A DNA stretch of 64,000 nt from the NCBI GenBank assembly GCA_043816965.1, contig JBDRHK010000015.1, positions 1-64,000 on the forward strand, read 5' to 3'. Within the stretch, counting starts at the first letter, position 1. Every line of letters starts with the position of its first letter. The DNA comes from Candidatus Iainarchaeum sp. (GTDB lineage: Archaea > Iainarchaeota > Iainarchaeia > Iainarchaeales > JAFCCJ01). The position numbers and the translations under genes are program-made. Below are positions 9,528-20,635 of the stretch, piece after piece. Under the pieces are notes generated by a model. The model was not told the DNA's origin. It saw only the letters and a program-made list of their open reading frames with translations, and did no database searches.

Positions 9528-10035
9528 GAGTTACCACTATTCCGGCATAATTATCCATATTGTCTATTTTTAATCCGCCTGAGCAGTTAACACTGCTACT
9601 ATCTAATAATAAGTCAAACACCTTGGCACATTTTTCATTATCCCCATCAATGTCATTAATGCAGGCAGACGGGGCCGAGTAAGCATTCAATAAAATCCCG
9701 TCCAGCGCAACCTGGAAGCAGATCCCATTCACGCAAGTTGCGCCAATATCGCTTAACTGGCAGGTTAGGATGGTGTTCCCAGGCACAAAAAGAGTAATGG
9801 TCCTTTTATTTTCCCCGGGAGCAACGCTCACAGCATCAATGGTATTTGCAAGCTTTTCCGCGGCAAATCTCGCCTGGCCAATCCTTGCGGTTTCCTTGCC
9901 GCTTGCGGCGGCAATTGTAAGCGAAGGGTTAACGACAGTCTGAATGAACAGGGCAATAATCATCACAAGCATAATTATTTCAATAGAGGCCTGACCCCGC
10001 CTGCCTAAATTTTGAAAAAAGGAAATAGAACCCAT
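9481..10035 (-). CDS. Pilin-like protein (class III signal peptide)
   Basis: RRG|QASIE plus hydrophobic stretch. Confidence 0.75.
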   Translation of the reverse strand: MGSISFFQNLGRRGQASIEIIMLVMIIALFIQTVVNPSLTIAAASGKETARIGQARFAAEKLANTIDAVSVAPGENKRTITLFVPGNTILTCQLSDIGATCVNGICFQVALDGILLNAYSAPSACINDIDGDNEKCAKVFDLLLDSSSVNCSGGLKIDNMDNYAGIVVTLEVEKDGSTTTVKLA

Positions 10036-11216
10036 AAAACATCCCCTATCAATTGAAGCAACAAATAACCAATCAATATTCCTGGCACAAATGCTGTTGT
10101 TCCCTTCACCTCTATCTTTTTCGGAATTAAGCCCTTATTCGCAAGTTCCTTAATCTCTTTTAATTGCTCCCCTGTAAGGCCGCCGGCGCTTGAGGAACTT
10201 GCAACAACCCTTGCCCCTGGCTTAATCGCCTGGTTAAGGGCATCCAAATTATTATCCATTAACTGCTTTATAAGTGTTCCTATAGAGGCCCCTTCCAGAA
10301 TCTCTATTTTTCCGCCCTTTTCAACAATGGTTTTTAGCGGAATCTCCCCCTCCTCCAGGTCCCTGACATCTTTCTCCATTCCCAAAAGCCTTGCCAATGC
10401 CTTTTTTGGCCTGTGGTGCACAACAATTTCAATTGTGAGAGTAATGGTGAGAATGATAACAAAAACTACGGCAAAACTAAATATTGCGCTTGGCACAGAA
10501 AGGTAGAGCGCGAAGGCCAACAGAATGGCCGCAAGGAATTTCTGCAGGAGATAGCTTATTTTTTTAAGCCCAAGCAAGCCAATCACTGTAACAATTGGCA
10601 GATGGAATATTTCAGGAACTCCCAGGAAAATAAGAAGGGTTGCTGTCCCAACAATCGCCGCAGTTGTTATAACAATGCCGTTAATTTTTCTTTTCACCAA
10701 TGCAACAACAACCCCCTTCAAATTCATTTTCTTTATCATTTCCCTTCTATCAATCATGCGCTTTAATGTTATTGCAGTCACCCATGGGACCATTGAAATA
10801 ATGCTGAAAACGAAAAGCGAAAAAGGGAAGATTGGCTCTGAAACAGACGCAAAATTAAAAGTAATGCCGAGAAGTGAAAGGCTTTCTAAACCAATTAAAT
10901 CCCTGAGGACACCATGGTTTACTGTGTTGATTGTGGCAAGCCCTGTCATCAGCTTAACATCGCCCCCCGCCCATCCCCCTGCCTTGTAAAGGAGCAATGA
11001 GCCAACGGCGGTGGCGAAGGTTACGGCGCCGGTTACAATGATTATTGAAGGGTCATTCGCAAGCAGGGACCTGATTCCCTGCAGAATCAGCCCGCCAAAA
11101 ATAAGTGAAAATGTGAGTTTATTGGAAACAATCCTTTCCCGTAAATCGGTAAATGTGGCGATAATAAGGGCGATTATTGAAATTATGAAGAAGAAAATAG
11201 GAAAGCTGATAGGCAT
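10005..11216 (-). CDS. Prepilin peptidase, A24 family, EppA-like long form
   Basis: TDLRERIV and WAGGDVKL aspartate motifs, many TMs, C-terminal FVPGI. Confidence 0.9.
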   Translation of the reverse strand: MPISFPIFFFIISIIALIIATFTDLRERIVSNKLTFSLIFGGLILQGIRSLLANDPSIIIVTGAVTFATAVGSLLLYKAGGWAGGDVKLMTGLATINTVNHGVLRDLIGLESLSLLGITFNFASVSEPIFPFSLFVFSIISMVPWVTAITLKRMIDRREMIKKMNLKGVVVALVKRKINGIVITTAAIVGTATLLIFLGVPEIFHLPIVTVIGLLGLKKISYLLQKFLAAILLAFALYLSVPSAIFSFAVVFVIILTITLTIEIVVHHRPKKALARLLGMEKDVRDLEEGEIPLKTIVEKGGKIEILEGASIGTLIKQLMDNNLDALNQAIKPGARVVASSSSAGGLTGEQLKEIKELANKGLIPKKIEVKGTTAFVPGILIGYLLLQLIGDVLWVLFPFFKI

Positions 11217-11220
11217 GTTA

Positions 11221-11391
11221 TCAGCCCATCAGAGATTCAATAGTTTCCGACCTGAATGAAAGAATTTTTGCCTGCGCAACATTCGCAATCGAAGCCAAGT
11301 TCATGGTTACAACCGAAGCTACCAAAACCAGCACCAGCACAAAGCCGATGCTGATAAGGTACTCCAATGAAACTTGTGCCCTATTGTTCAT
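11221..11391 (-). CDS. Small pilin, 56 aa (not in ORF track)
   Basis: MNNRA|QVSLEYLISIGFVLVLVLVASVV...LMG*. Confidence 0.8.
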   Translation of the reverse strand: MNNRAQVSLEYLISIGFVLVLVLVASVVTMNLASIANVAQAKILSFRSETIESLMG

Positions 11392-11407
11392 GCTTTACAC
11401 ATCATTC

Positions 11408-11740
11408 TTAGCAATCTGTAAGTGCGGGAAGTGGTGTAGCATATTCTTTTGCAGAACAAACCTTATCTATAGTGTCCCAACAGCAACCAGCAGCGTAGTC
11501 TGCATTAGCAGGTGCGAAATCACCCAAAGCTTTGTCTGTTGCGTCACCCAAACAGCCAGTGCCGCCTACAGCTCCCATAGTACCGCCATAAGTATTCAAA
11601 CAGCTTACTTTCGCAGCACTAATTCTTGCCGGTTTGTCGTCACTTATGGTTGTCAGCAATACTATAACCACCACAGCAACAAGCACAGCACCGCCAATCA
11701 GCAGCAGATACTCAAGTGCACCTTGTCCTTTTCTATCCAT
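11408..11740 (-). CDS. Pilin, candidate major pilin
   Basis: MDRKG|QGALEYLLLIGG; strong RBS GGAGG and its own TATA-like box. Confidence 0.85.
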   Translation of the reverse strand: MDRKGQGALEYLLLIGGAVLVAVVVIVLLTTISDDKPARISAAKVSCLNTYGGTMGAVGGTGCLGDATDKALGDFAPANADYAAGCCWDTIDKVCSAKEYATPLPALTDC

Positions 11741-11825
11741 ATGTTCATCCTCCTTTTGTTGGTTATAAATATGATATAATCTATCTAAACATATCCATTC
11801 TAGTATTTAAACCTTCTTCCGGCAT

Positions 11826-11990
11826 TTATCCAGTACTTTCCTCAAGCGCTTCGCCTGAAGTATCCTGGAGCTCCCGGCCAAGTGTTTTTAGATAAAAACC
11901 AACTGCCGCTGCAACTGCCAGAACCCCCCCTAAAATAAGGAGCATTTCAAGCGAACTTTGCGCCCTTTCCTCAAAAATCAATCCTTTCAT
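11826..11990 (-). CDS. Small pilin, 54 aa (not in ORF track)
   Basis: MKGLIFEERA|QSSLEMLLILGGVLAVAAAVG...STG*. Confidence 0.8.
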   Translation of the reverse strand: MKGLIFEERAQSSLEMLLILGGVLAVAAAVGFYLKTLGRELQDTSGEALEESTG

Positions 11991-12961
11991 GAAATACCAC
12001 CCATTATTGACCTTGAACCAAACAATACAACTGTAAAGCAGATGTATGCCACTAATAAGAGGAGTGGGAAGTATATAATACTTTTGCTCATCTTTCCATC
12101 TCTCATAAGTGAAATCATTATGCTTGCCGCAAGGGTTTCTATAAGAACATATATCTGGATAAGCAGGGTTATGTCCTCCCTTGCCTTATCAGCAGCTTTG
12201 ATTGCGGCATCATCTGCAACACCCTGGGCCGCAAGTATTAGGAAGCTTACAACAGTTGAAATAAAACCAAAGATTGCGGGAGCAACCAATGAGCCTGCAG
12301 TTACTAAGAAGATTACCTGCAGGCCTGTTTTTGACCTTCTTTCCTTGTTTATTCTATGTGTGGATCTGACATCTTCCGCAATCTGCTCAAGGATATCTGC
12401 CAATCCAGCACCTGCCTTGACAGAGTCAACAATTATTGTGACAGTTCTCTGTATAAGCCTTGAATCAATCTTGGAAAGAACTTTCAGCGAATTCTCGAAG
12501 TTTTCCCCCTCCTCAAGCTTCCTCAGGACATAGCCCATCTCCATTTTCAGTGCCCCATATTCGGATGCGGCAACTTCCCTCAGGGCATATTCATATGTTC
12601 CCCCGGCCCTCAATGTGTCGGCCATCTGCCTCAGCGCATCAGGCAGGGTTTCCTCAATTTCATCAATCCTTTTAAGTGCGTTCAGCAGGGGAAAGCCGAT
12701 TGTAAGGTCAATGGCAACTATAAAAACTACTAATGGCAGGCCAGCCAGAACGCTCGTAAGAGAATCCATTTCAAGATAGTTTATCAGGGCATCAGAACCT
12801 GCCCAGGAACCGACAACAAGAAAAATCGACAAAAAAATGGAAAACAAAATCCAAAGGAAAGGGTCAAACCTGAATCCGCTCCATGCAAGCATTTTTGAGT
12901 AATATTTCAAAAAGCCTATGCTGTTCAGGACAGGAATCCTTTCCATCAGTCTCAATGCCAT
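11987..12961 (-). CDS. Pilus platform membrane protein (T2SSF/TadC-like)
   Basis: IEETLPDALRQMADTLRAG, GAGLADIL. Confidence 0.9.
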   Translation of the reverse strand: MALRLMERIPVLNSIGFLKYYSKMLAWSGFRFDPFLWILFSIFLSIFLVVGSWAGSDALINYLEMDSLTSVLAGLPLVVFIVAIDLTIGFPLLNALKRIDEIEETLPDALRQMADTLRAGGTYEYALREVAASEYGALKMEMGYVLRKLEEGENFENSLKVLSKIDSRLIQRTVTIIVDSVKAGAGLADILEQIAEDVRSTHRINKERRSKTGLQVIFLVTAGSLVAPAIFGFISTVVSFLILAAQGVADDAAIKAADKAREDITLLIQIYVLIETLAASIMISLMRDGKMSKSIIYFPLLLLVAYICFTVVLFGSRSIMGGIS

Positions 12962-12965
12962 AACA

Positions 12966-14117
12966 TCACACCGTCGGTTGCGCTATTTTTAGGTAATAAA
13001 CAAGTAAAATCATTATCCCTGGCATAAGCACCAGGTAGAATATTCCCATCATTGTGGGGTTAAGCCCAAGGCCGCCAACATTCGGCAGTGGGGAGTTTGT
13101 TATTCCCCCAATAACGGCAACAAACACAGGAATAACAATTGCCATAAAGATAAATATCACCCCGAAGAAATTCATCTTCTCCCCGAAATCCCTCATCGCA
13201 ATCCTGAGCTCAAAAGAAACATCCTCGGCAATCTTGTTCATTATGTCCGAGAGGTTTCCCCCTGTCTTAAGCGCACGTATTATGTGGAGCAATGCGCTTC
13301 TTAAGGATTTGGATTCTGTCCTCAGTGCAAAGTGCCTTAGGGCAACTTTAGTGTCTGTTCCCTCCTCAACCTCGGAAATGGTCCTTGAAAATTCCTCTGA
13401 AAGGACGCCATAATCAGAAACAGCGATTGCCTGCAGTGTTTTGTAAAGCCCTATTCCTGCCTTTAATTCTGTTGACATATGCCTGAGGGCAAAGGGAAGC
13501 TCAACACTGATTTCCTTACCCCTCTTCATTGCCTTACTTTTTGGGTTGAGGAAGCAGATAATGGCTGCAAATAGGAACACAAAAATTGCAATAATCGGCG
13601 AAAGCAGCAAAATTAAGTTGTTGTCAAGGAACCAGCCAAGTCCTGCAAACAAAAGCAGCACAAAGAATGCAGCAATCACTGAAACAGAGGTTGAAATCGC
13701 AAGATATTGCTGGATGCTGTATTTCATGTTTGCGCTGTAAAGGTAATAGCCTAACTCCCCCGCCCCCGGCATTCTTCTCAGAATCTTTGAAATGAACTTT
13801 AAGGGAAGCTCAAACAAAAGATAAACCCTGCCCAAGCTCCTGATTGTGGGGGAACTGAATTCAGTTAAATCCTCAATTCCCTGCACCCTTATTTTTGACA
13901 GCTGGCTTTCGGCAATTATTCCCCGCAGTTCGCTTAATCTGCCGCCAACTTCCTCAAATTCAACTCCCTGATCCCGATATTTTTTTTTCATCCTGGTTAC
14001 AATCTTGTCCACCGCATCAAGGTCGATTGATTCCTCATCCTTTTCAATCGCGCCGAACTTTTTGGCCGTTTTCTTTTTTTCTTCAACCTGTTTTCTCAGA
14101 TCATCAAGTTCAGGCAT
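12966..14117 (-). CDS. Pilus platform membrane protein (T2SSF/TadB-C-like)
   Basis: [25 protein letters not shown]. Confidence 0.9.
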   Translation of the reverse strand: MPELDDLRKQVEEKKKTAKKFGAIEKDEESIDLDAVDKIVTRMKKKYRDQGVEFEEVGGRLSELRGIIAESQLSKIRVQGIEDLTEFSSPTIRSLGRVYLLFELPLKFISKILRRMPGAGELGYYLYSANMKYSIQQYLAISTSVSVIAAFFVLLLFAGLGWFLDNNLILLLSPIIAIFVFLFAAIICFLNPKSKAMKRGKEISVELPFALRHMSTELKAGIGLYKTLQAIAVSDYGVLSEEFSRTISEVEEGTDTKVALRHFALRTESKSLRSALLHIIRALKTGGNLSDIMNKIAEDVSFELRIAMRDFGEKMNFFGVIFIFMAIVIPVFVAVIGGITNSPLPNVGGLGLNPTMMGIFYLVLMPGIMILLVYYLKIAQPTV

Positions 14118-17100
14118 ATTCTCCCCTCTTCTTTAGCAGGTGGTCCTGGCAGGCTTTTGATACCTCTTCTATAGACCTTATCTTCTTGTCAACAAGGCTC
14201 TTAAGAAACCTTTCCCTGTCCTTAAGTTCGGCATCAATCTGCTTTTTTGACAGTCCGGTGTATTTTTCAAGTGTCCTGAGGTATGCGCTGGAGAAATTGG
14301 ACCGAATGAGTTGATCAGTTATTGCATCCCTTTCGAAAAGGGTTTGGGTTGTTGATTTGCCCTCCAAGACCCCGCCAACCTCCGCCATCTCGGTAATTCT
14401 TCTAATGGTGCCTTTTTTCCTGTCATGAAGCCTGTGTTCTATAAGCACGAAATCAAGCCCTGAAAGCATCATCTTAGGGACATTCATCGGAGGGCTTGTG
14501 ACCCTTACTAGTGCCTCTTGGGGAGAGTTTGCGTGGACAGTCCCCATGCAATTTGAAACAAACAAGCCATTGGCAATGTAATTGTGGTTATCTTTAACAG
14601 TCAGGTCGTAAACATATCCCTCGAATTCCCGGTCCTTCACTTCAACTATTTCCTCGAACCTGAAATCAGATTCAACTAATTTTAAAAGTTCCTTTCCAAT
14701 GGAATTTTCGGAAGTTATCATTGCAATTTTTTCCAGTTGCCCTCTCGACGGATTTCTTTGGTTAGTTTCGTATGCCTCAATCGTTGACCTTGTTTTTGCA
14801 TTCATAAAAGATGCCAATTCTGTTTGCGTTAAGTAACAATCGCTCCTCGCCCTTTTGATTAAACCGGAAATTTTCGGGAACAAATCCATCGAATTTTTTG
14901 AAACTTTCAATAGTCCTGCTAGTTTTTGCCTTTTTGCAGAATGCCTGAAGCCGATTTTCCCCTGGTATTTTTCAAGGTTATCCTTACCATAAATTGAAAT
15001 TCTGTAGTAAGGGCCAATATTTCCTTTGCCGTCTTTTTCCTGAATATTTGTTGAGGAGTGAATCCCGAATCTCTGGAGAATCATCGGAAGTTTTTTTGCC
15101 AGGTCGGGGTTTGATGTTGAGAATTGGATTGAGTTTGAATGCAGATTCACATGGGCCTCAGCATCGAAAAACCCGCATAATAATTCCCCGATATTTGACT
15201 CACTTGAACTTAAAGCCTTTTTCGTTATTTTGAATTTTTTTGTTTTATTCCCTAGAGGAATATCATACTCCTCTTCAAAAAGTTTAACCAATTTTTTGTC
15301 AAAAACATTTACTCTGGAATAGTTTCCATAGTTTTTGACCGATACCTTGTTTTTGGTGGTTTTTCCAATCCCGTCCGCAAAATTTTCAATGACTGATTTT
15401 TCGTTGTTCACAAACTGAATCCCTTCGCTGTGAATGTGCCCATCTCCATAAATCAATCCTGCCAAGTAGGGATGTTTTATTTTTTCCGTGGCACTAATCG
15501 TGATTGCCTTTGGAAATGCAATGAAATCCCCCCCCTTTGCCTCTTCAGAATTTATTTCCTGAATGCCATTATGTATCCTGTAAATCGGATGGTCTTTTGT
15601 CAAACAAATGCGTTTTCCTGAGCGGGTTTTTATTATTTTCATCATTTCTTTTGTTTTCTTCTTCCAGACCCGCGTAATTGGCCTGTTTTCAATTTTCAAT
15701 GTCTTTTTGTTAAAGCTTGGGACAAGCAGTTCTTCACTTAATTCAACAAATTTAAATTCTCCGTCGCTTATTGGACATGTTTCATTAAATTGCCTTTCAA
15801 CAAAATCCCCAATTGCCTCAATATTCCCGTCTGAAAACTGAATTAATGTTTCTCCATTTAATGCGCCTTCATGGCCGGTATTCATGGCGGTAAAAAGCGA
15901 GAATGCCTCATCATGCCTTATCTCACCAACTATAATTCTGTCAGGCCTCATCCTGAGGGAATTTTTAGTCAAAATATCCATTGTTATTTCCCCAGTTCCC
16001 TCCATTCCCGGGGGCCTTGATTCAAGCCTTATCCAGTGTTTTAAGGGAAGGTTCAGTTCTGCAGTGTCCTCAATTGAAACAATCCTTTCAGAAGCAGGAA
16101 TAAATGAGGCAAGAACATTCAAAGTTGTTGTTTTCCCTGAACCGGTTCCTCCCGCAATCAGAATGTTTGCGGGCTTTACCCTCAATCCCTCAACACAAAG
16201 CCAGAGGAATGCAGCGGTTTCAAGGTTTACTGTATTGAGGTTCAGCAAATCAACTATTGACAACGGGTCTTCCCTGAATTTCCTTATAGTGAGGGTTGCA
16301 CCACTTACAGATATGGGGGGGATGGTCGCATTAACCCTGCTCCCATCAGGGAGTCTTGCATCCAGCAAGGGGGCGGAAATATCAACCCTTCTTCCCACCT
16401 GCCTTCCTATCCTGTTTACGAGGTCCTCTATCTCGGACTCGGAAAAGAATTCAATATTGGTTTTCATCATTTCATATTCCCTGTGGAAAACATAAACCGG
16501 GCGTTTTGCGCCAATAACCATAATTTCCTCAAGCCTGTCATCCTTTATCAGGGAATCAATAAGCCCATATCCGACCATCTCCCTCACAACAGCATCTGCA
16601 TAAAACTCAAATCTTCTAGTTGGAATCCTTAACTCTTTCGAGGTCTGCAGGATTTCCATTATTTTCTGCTGGTAAACACTTCTCCTCTCTTCAGGGTCAC
16701 GGATTTTGTAGGGGATTATGCTGATTATTCTTGTTGCAGCTTCCTTTATTGTGTTGATTATTGTTTTATCCCCCTTCGTCGGCCTTGGCACAGGGGTATA
16801 GTAGTACATCAGGGGTTGGCCAGGAATTTCATATATTGTCGTATTTCCGTAAGATGCAACCTTAATTTTCTTTACATTTTCCATCTCCTTTTCGATTGTT
16901 GATTTATCCGGTTCTTCCTCTCCTTCTTTGGCGGGAATTCCCTCCACCGAGGCAGGCCCCTTAGGCACTTCAGGGGATTTTCTCCTCTCAAAAATGTTCA
17001 TAATCCCCTCCTTCCTGCTCTCAATTTCAGGAGTCTCCTCTTTTACCGGGGCAGCCACTGGCTCTTGGCGGGCCAAAAATTCATCTGCAGAAGGACCATT

Positions 17101-17208
17101 GGCTATAGGTTGCGAAGTTGCAGGGCCAGTTTCTATAGTAGACCCCTCTACCTTAATCCCCTTTTTTTCCTTTGCCTTTCTAATCAGATCATCCAAAGGG
17201 TTAGACAT
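14110..17208 (-). CDS. Pilus assembly ATPase (VirB11/TadA/KlbA family), intein-containing
   Basis: [43 protein letters not shown]; probable start MSNPLDD. Confidence 0.95.
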   Translation of the reverse strand: MSNPLDDLIRKAKEKKGIKVEGSTIETGPATSQPIANGPSADEFLARQEPVAAPVKEETPEIESRKEGIMNIFERRKSPEVPKGPASVEGIPAKEGEEEPDKSTIEKEMENVKKIKVASYGNTTIYEIPGQPLMYYYTPVPRPTKGDKTIINTIKEAATRIISIIPYKIRDPEERRSVYQQKIMEILQTSKELRIPTRRFEFYADAVVREMVGYGLIDSLIKDDRLEEIMVIGAKRPVYVFHREYEMMKTNIEFFSESEIEDLVNRIGRQVGRRVDISAPLLDARLPDGSRVNATIPPISVSGATLTIRKFREDPLSIVDLLNLNTVNLETAAFLWLCVEGLRVKPANILIAGGTGSGKTTTLNVLASFIPASERIVSIEDTAELNLPLKHWIRLESRPPGMEGTGEITMDILTKNSLRMRPDRIIVGEIRHDEAFSLFTAMNTGHEGALNGETLIQFSDGNIEAIGDFVERQFNETCPISDGEFKFVELSEELLVPSFNKKTLKIENRPITRVWKKKTKEMMKIIKTRSGKRICLTKDHPIYRIHNGIQEINSEEAKGGDFIAFPKAITISATEKIKHPYLAGLIYGDGHIHSEGIQFVNNEKSVIENFADGIGKTTKNKVSVKNYGNYSRVNVFDKKLVKLFEEEYDIPLGNKTKKFKITKKALSSSESNIGELLCGFFDAEAHVNLHSNSIQFSTSNPDLAKKLPMILQRFGIHSSTNIQEKDGKGNIGPYYRISIYGKDNLEKYQGKIGFRHSAKRQKLAGLLKVSKNSMDLFPKISGLIKRARSDCYLTQTELASFMNAKTRSTIEAYETNQRNPSRGQLEKIAMITSENSIGKELLKLVESDFRFEEIVEVKDREFEGYVYDLTVKDNHNYIANGLFVSNCMGTVHANSPQEALVRVTSPPMNVPKMMLSGLDFVLIEHRLHDRKKGTIRRITEMAEVGGVLEGKSTTQTLFERDAITDQLIRSNFSSAYLRTLEKYTGLSKKQIDAELKDRERFLKSLVDKKIRSIEEVSKACQDHLLKKRGEYA
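14551..15864 (-). mobile_element. KlbA-type intein (Ala1, 438 aa) with LAGLIDADG and HTH domains
   Basis: [10 protein letters not shown]...LTKDHP...LAGLIYGDG...LCGFFDAE...VYDLTV...FVSN|CMG. Confidence 0.93.
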
Positions 17209-17250
17209 ATATATCCCATTAATCAACAACGTTTCTTTTATTTAATGGTT

Positions 17251-17355
17251 TTGGCACGGCTATTTCCCTCCGGGAACTTGCACCCTTCCGGGCACAAGCG
17301 AGCTCCGTGCACACGGCGGCTCCCTACGGGGAACCTTGTTCGCTGCGTTCGCCAA
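17251..17355 (-). ncRNA. Candidate structured RNA resembling the SRP RNA S-domain
   Basis: GC-rich intergenic island; CC-GTAG-GG (helix-6-like) and GCTTGTGCCC-GGAA-GGGTGCAAGT (helix-8-like); ends TTGGCG/TGCCAA can pair. Confidence 0.45.
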
Positions 17356-17374
17356 TTTGAATTATAAAATCAGC

Positions 17375-19279
17375 CTATTCCTTAGTTTCAATTTCCTTTT
17401 TCAATTTTTTTACAAATTCGCCAATCTTAAGCGCCTTCAATACCTTTTCATCCCTTGTGCGGGGAGTTACGGTTTTTCCTTTTTCTTCCCTTTCACCGAC
17501 AACAACCATGTAATTAATTTTTTTCATCTGCGCATCCCTTATTTTGTAGGAAACAGTTTCAGTCCTCAAATCCAGTTCGGTTCTGATTCCCCCGGCCAGC
17601 AGTTTTCCATTCACGTCCTCCGCATAATTATTAAATTTCTCACTGACAGGAATAACCTTAACCTGAACAGGGCTCAACCAAAGTGGGAACCGCCCGGCAT
17701 AATGCTCAACAAGAATCCCCATAAACCTTTCAATCGAGCCATAGCACGTCCTGTGGAGCATGGTTGGCCTGTGCTCTTTGTCATCCTTTCCGATATAGGA
17801 AAGTTCAAACTTCTCAGGCATAGTAAAATCAAGCTGGATTGTTCCGCACTGCCAACTCCTTCCCAAAGCATCATTGATATGGAAATCAATCTTTGGCCCG
17901 TAAAATGCGCCATCGCCCTCATTCAATTTGTAATCAATCTTCTTTGCATTCAATGCATTTTTCAATCCTGATTCTGCGGCCTCCCACATCTCAGCAGAAC
18001 CCATTGCCTTCTCTGGTTTTGTGCTTAATTCGATTCTGTAATCCTTGAAGCCAAATGTCCCGTAGATGAAATCAAAAAGATCAATCACGCCGATAACCTC
18101 GCCCTTAATCTGCTCGCTTGTGCAATAAATGTGGGCATCATCCTGGGTAAATTTCCTCACCCTGAACAAACCATTCAGAACCCCGGAAAGCTCATGCCTG
18201 TGAACAGTTCCCAGCTCGGCAATCCTTAATGGCAAATCCCTGTAGGAATGCCTCCTGGTTTTGTAAATTAAAATTCCTCCAGGACAGTTCATTGGCTTAA
18301 CAGCATAATCCTCCTCATCAATTTGCGTAAAATACATGTTCTCCTTGTAGTGGTCCCAATGCCCTGACTTTTCCCACAACTCCCTTTTCAGGATTATGGG
18401 TGTGTTGACCTCGCCATAGCCTCTCTTAGAATGCTCATCCCTCCAGAATTTCAGGAGCTCATTCCATATCACCATTCCATTCGGATGGAAGAAGGGAACC
18501 CCCGGAGATTCAGGGTGGAATGAGTAAAGCTCCAGATCAGTTCCAATTTTGATGTGATTTCTTTTCTCTGCCTCTTCAATCAAATGCAGCCACTCATCCA
18601 GCATTTTTTTCTCGGGAAAAGCAATTCCATAAATTCTTGTAAGCATTTTATTTTTTGAGTCTCCTCTCCAATAAGCCCCTGCAATTTTTGTCAATTTAAA
18701 GGCGTTAATATAATGCGTATTTGGAACATGTGGCCCTTTGCATAAGTTATCAAATTCGCCCTGGCGATAGATGCTGACTTTCCCGCCCTTAACTGCATTA
18801 ACCAGTTCAGTTTTATATGGGTCATTTTTGTAAAAGGCGAGTGCCTCTTTTTTGGGAACATCCCTTTGGCTTATCCCCCGTTTTTCCTTCACAATCTTCC
18901 GCATTTCTTCCTCAATTTTTTTTAGGTCCTCGGGATGCAGTTCTTTTATATCATAATCCTGGTAAAAACCGTCATCTATTGCCGTACCCACGCCCAAACC
19001 AATATTTTGGCCTTTAAAGACCCTTAATACTGCCTGGGTCATAATATGGGATGCGCTGTGCCAGAAAACGCTTTTTCCTTCATCATTTTTGAAAGTGATT
19101 ATCTCAATCTTCCCATTTTTTTCAATCGGCTTGTTCAAATCCAGCAATTCATCATTTACCTTAACCGCGAGCGCGGCCCTTGCAAGGCCGCTGCCTATTG
19201 ATTCCGCTATCTTCCCGCCGGTAATGCCCTTCTTGAACTTCTTTTTCGAATTATCCGGAAATGTAAGTTCAATATCCAT
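17375..19279 (-). CDS. thrS: Threonine--tRNA ligase, bacterial-type architecture
   Basis: TGS domain, HSASH and LCKGPH editing motifs, GAYWRGD, KPMNCPG, FYGPKID; probable start MDIELT. Confidence 0.97.
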   Translation of the reverse strand: MDIELTFPDNSKKKFKKGITGGKIAESIGSGLARAALAVKVNDELLDLNKPIEKNGKIEIITFKNDEGKSVFWHSASHIMTQAVLRVFKGQNIGLGVGTAIDDGFYQDYDIKELHPEDLKKIEEEMRKIVKEKRGISQRDVPKKEALAFYKNDPYKTELVNAVKGGKVSIYRQGEFDNLCKGPHVPNTHYINAFKLTKIAGAYWRGDSKNKMLTRIYGIAFPEKKMLDEWLHLIEEAEKRNHIKIGTDLELYSFHPESPGVPFFHPNGMVIWNELLKFWRDEHSKRGYGEVNTPIILKRELWEKSGHWDHYKENMYFTQIDEEDYAVKPMNCPGGILIYKTRRHSYRDLPLRIAELGTVHRHELSGVLNGLFRVRKFTQDDAHIYCTSEQIKGEVIGVIDLFDFIYGTFGFKDYRIELSTKPEKAMGSAEMWEAAESGLKNALNAKKIDYKLNEGDGAFYGPKIDFHINDALGRSWQCGTIQLDFTMPEKFELSYIGKDDKEHRPTMLHRTCYGSIERFMGILVEHYAGRFPLWLSPVQVKVIPVSEKFNNYAEDVNGKLLAGGIRTELDLRTETVSYKIRDAQMKKINYMVVVGEREEKGKTVTPRTRDEKVLKALKIGEFVKKLKKEIETKE

Positions 19280-19402
19280 ATTCACCACTATAATGCTTAC
19301 TATGAATTCATTAATAAATAATTTAATATAATAAGCCCATAAACTGAATTTTACCAATTTCGCGCAGAAGCAGATTAAAGCACTTCTTTCCCAAAATTTT
19401 AT

Positions 19403-20635
19403 ATGATTTCGCCCTCGTTCTGCGTAAGGTGCAAGGGAAGGGGCTGGTGTGGGGGAAACTGCAGAATTCTCGAAAAGCACACCAACCAGCTGAAGGCTCT
19501 TTCCCAATTCTCAGGCACAGAACTGCATGGAAACAGCCCTCCTGCGCTTTTTGTGGGAAGATACGGCTACCCAAAAGTGAATTTAGCCCCGCTTTCCCCG
19601 CCATCGATACTCAAGGATTCCTCCATTCTGGAATCCCCTGAAAGGTGGTTTGGCCTGTCGCAGGAAAAAATAATTTCCATGCGCGAGCAGTTGGTTAGGG
19701 GCAATATAAAGGTTGAAATCAATTCAGCAAGGGACCCCTCCTACCAAATCGGCGAAATTCAGGAAACCGCAATGGCAGCCTCCCCGGTAGAAGTTGAAAT
19801 TGATTTGAAAAACCGGCCCATCCCAAAACTTTCCTTCTCAGATTCCTCTGCACCAATGGGGCCTAGTGCGGAGATGAAAAAATTCACCCTCACTGAAAAT
19901 CCATCAATTCCCACTAAAGTGGATTACCTGGTTTCTGATACTGATGTGCTAAGCACAACCGCCCTCAACGAATTATACCGTTCAGGAATTCCTGTTTCTT
20001 CCCTGAGCAAATTATTAAGTGCCGGCCTTTTAGGTGTGAAAAAAAGAAGAAAGTTTGTTCCGACCAGGTGGGCGATAACAGCTGCAGACTCCAACATCGC
20101 AAAAGAGATGGTTGAGGAAAAGGTAAAGGGATTCCAGCAGATAGGTTCCCATTTCCTGTTCAATTCCAACTACCTTGACAACAACTTTTTTGTCCTCCTG
20201 ATTCCTGGCGAATGGCAGTTCGAGCAGCTTGAGGCATGGGCTCCTGGAGGAGTGTGGACAGAGGGGGCGAAAGAACCGAGTGTAATTTCTGATTTCGAAT
20301 TTTACGGAGGGAGGAAGAAATATGCGGACAATGTTGCAGGCGCCTACTATGCGGCAAAGCTTGCAGTTGCAGAATATCTGGTGAAAGAGAAGAGGCAGGC
20401 AGGGGCGTTAATTTTCAGGGAGATTGGAGCTGGCTACCAGACGCCAATGGGCGTTTGGGTAATTCGCGAGGTGGTAAGGAATGCCTTCTCCAAAAAACCA
20501 ATGGAATTTTTCGATTTGAATTTGGTGCTAAAATACATCGAATCCAGATTAAAAATCCCGATGAAATTCTACCGAAAGGAAAGCAAAATCCTCGAAAGAA
20601 TAAGAACACAGCGCAAATTGAGTGAATGGTATTAA
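19403..20635 (+). CDS. nreA: Nre-family DNA repair protein
   Basis: CxxC KG..WCG, PP..FVGR.GYPKV, VPTRWAITA.D, C-terminal PIP-like QRKLSEWY. Confidence 0.9.
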   Translation: MISPSFCVRCKGRGWCGGNCRILEKHTNQLKALSQFSGTELHGNSPPALFVGRYGYPKVNLAPLSPPSILKDSSILESPERWFGLSQEKIISMREQLVRGNIKVEINSARDPSYQIGEIQETAMAASPVEVEIDLKNRPIPKLSFSDSSAPMGPSAEMKKFTLTENPSIPTKVDYLVSDTDVLSTTALNELYRSGIPVSSLSKLLSAGLLGVKKRRKFVPTRWAITAADSNIAKEMVEEKVKGFQQIGSHFLFNSNYLDNNFFVLLIPGEWQFEQLEAWAPGGVWTEGAKEPSVISDFEFYGGRKKYADNVAGAYYAAKLAVAEYLVKEKRQAGALIFREIGAGYQTPMGVWVIREVVRNAFSKKPMEFFDLNLVLKYIESRLKIPMKFYRKESKILERIRTQRKLSEWY

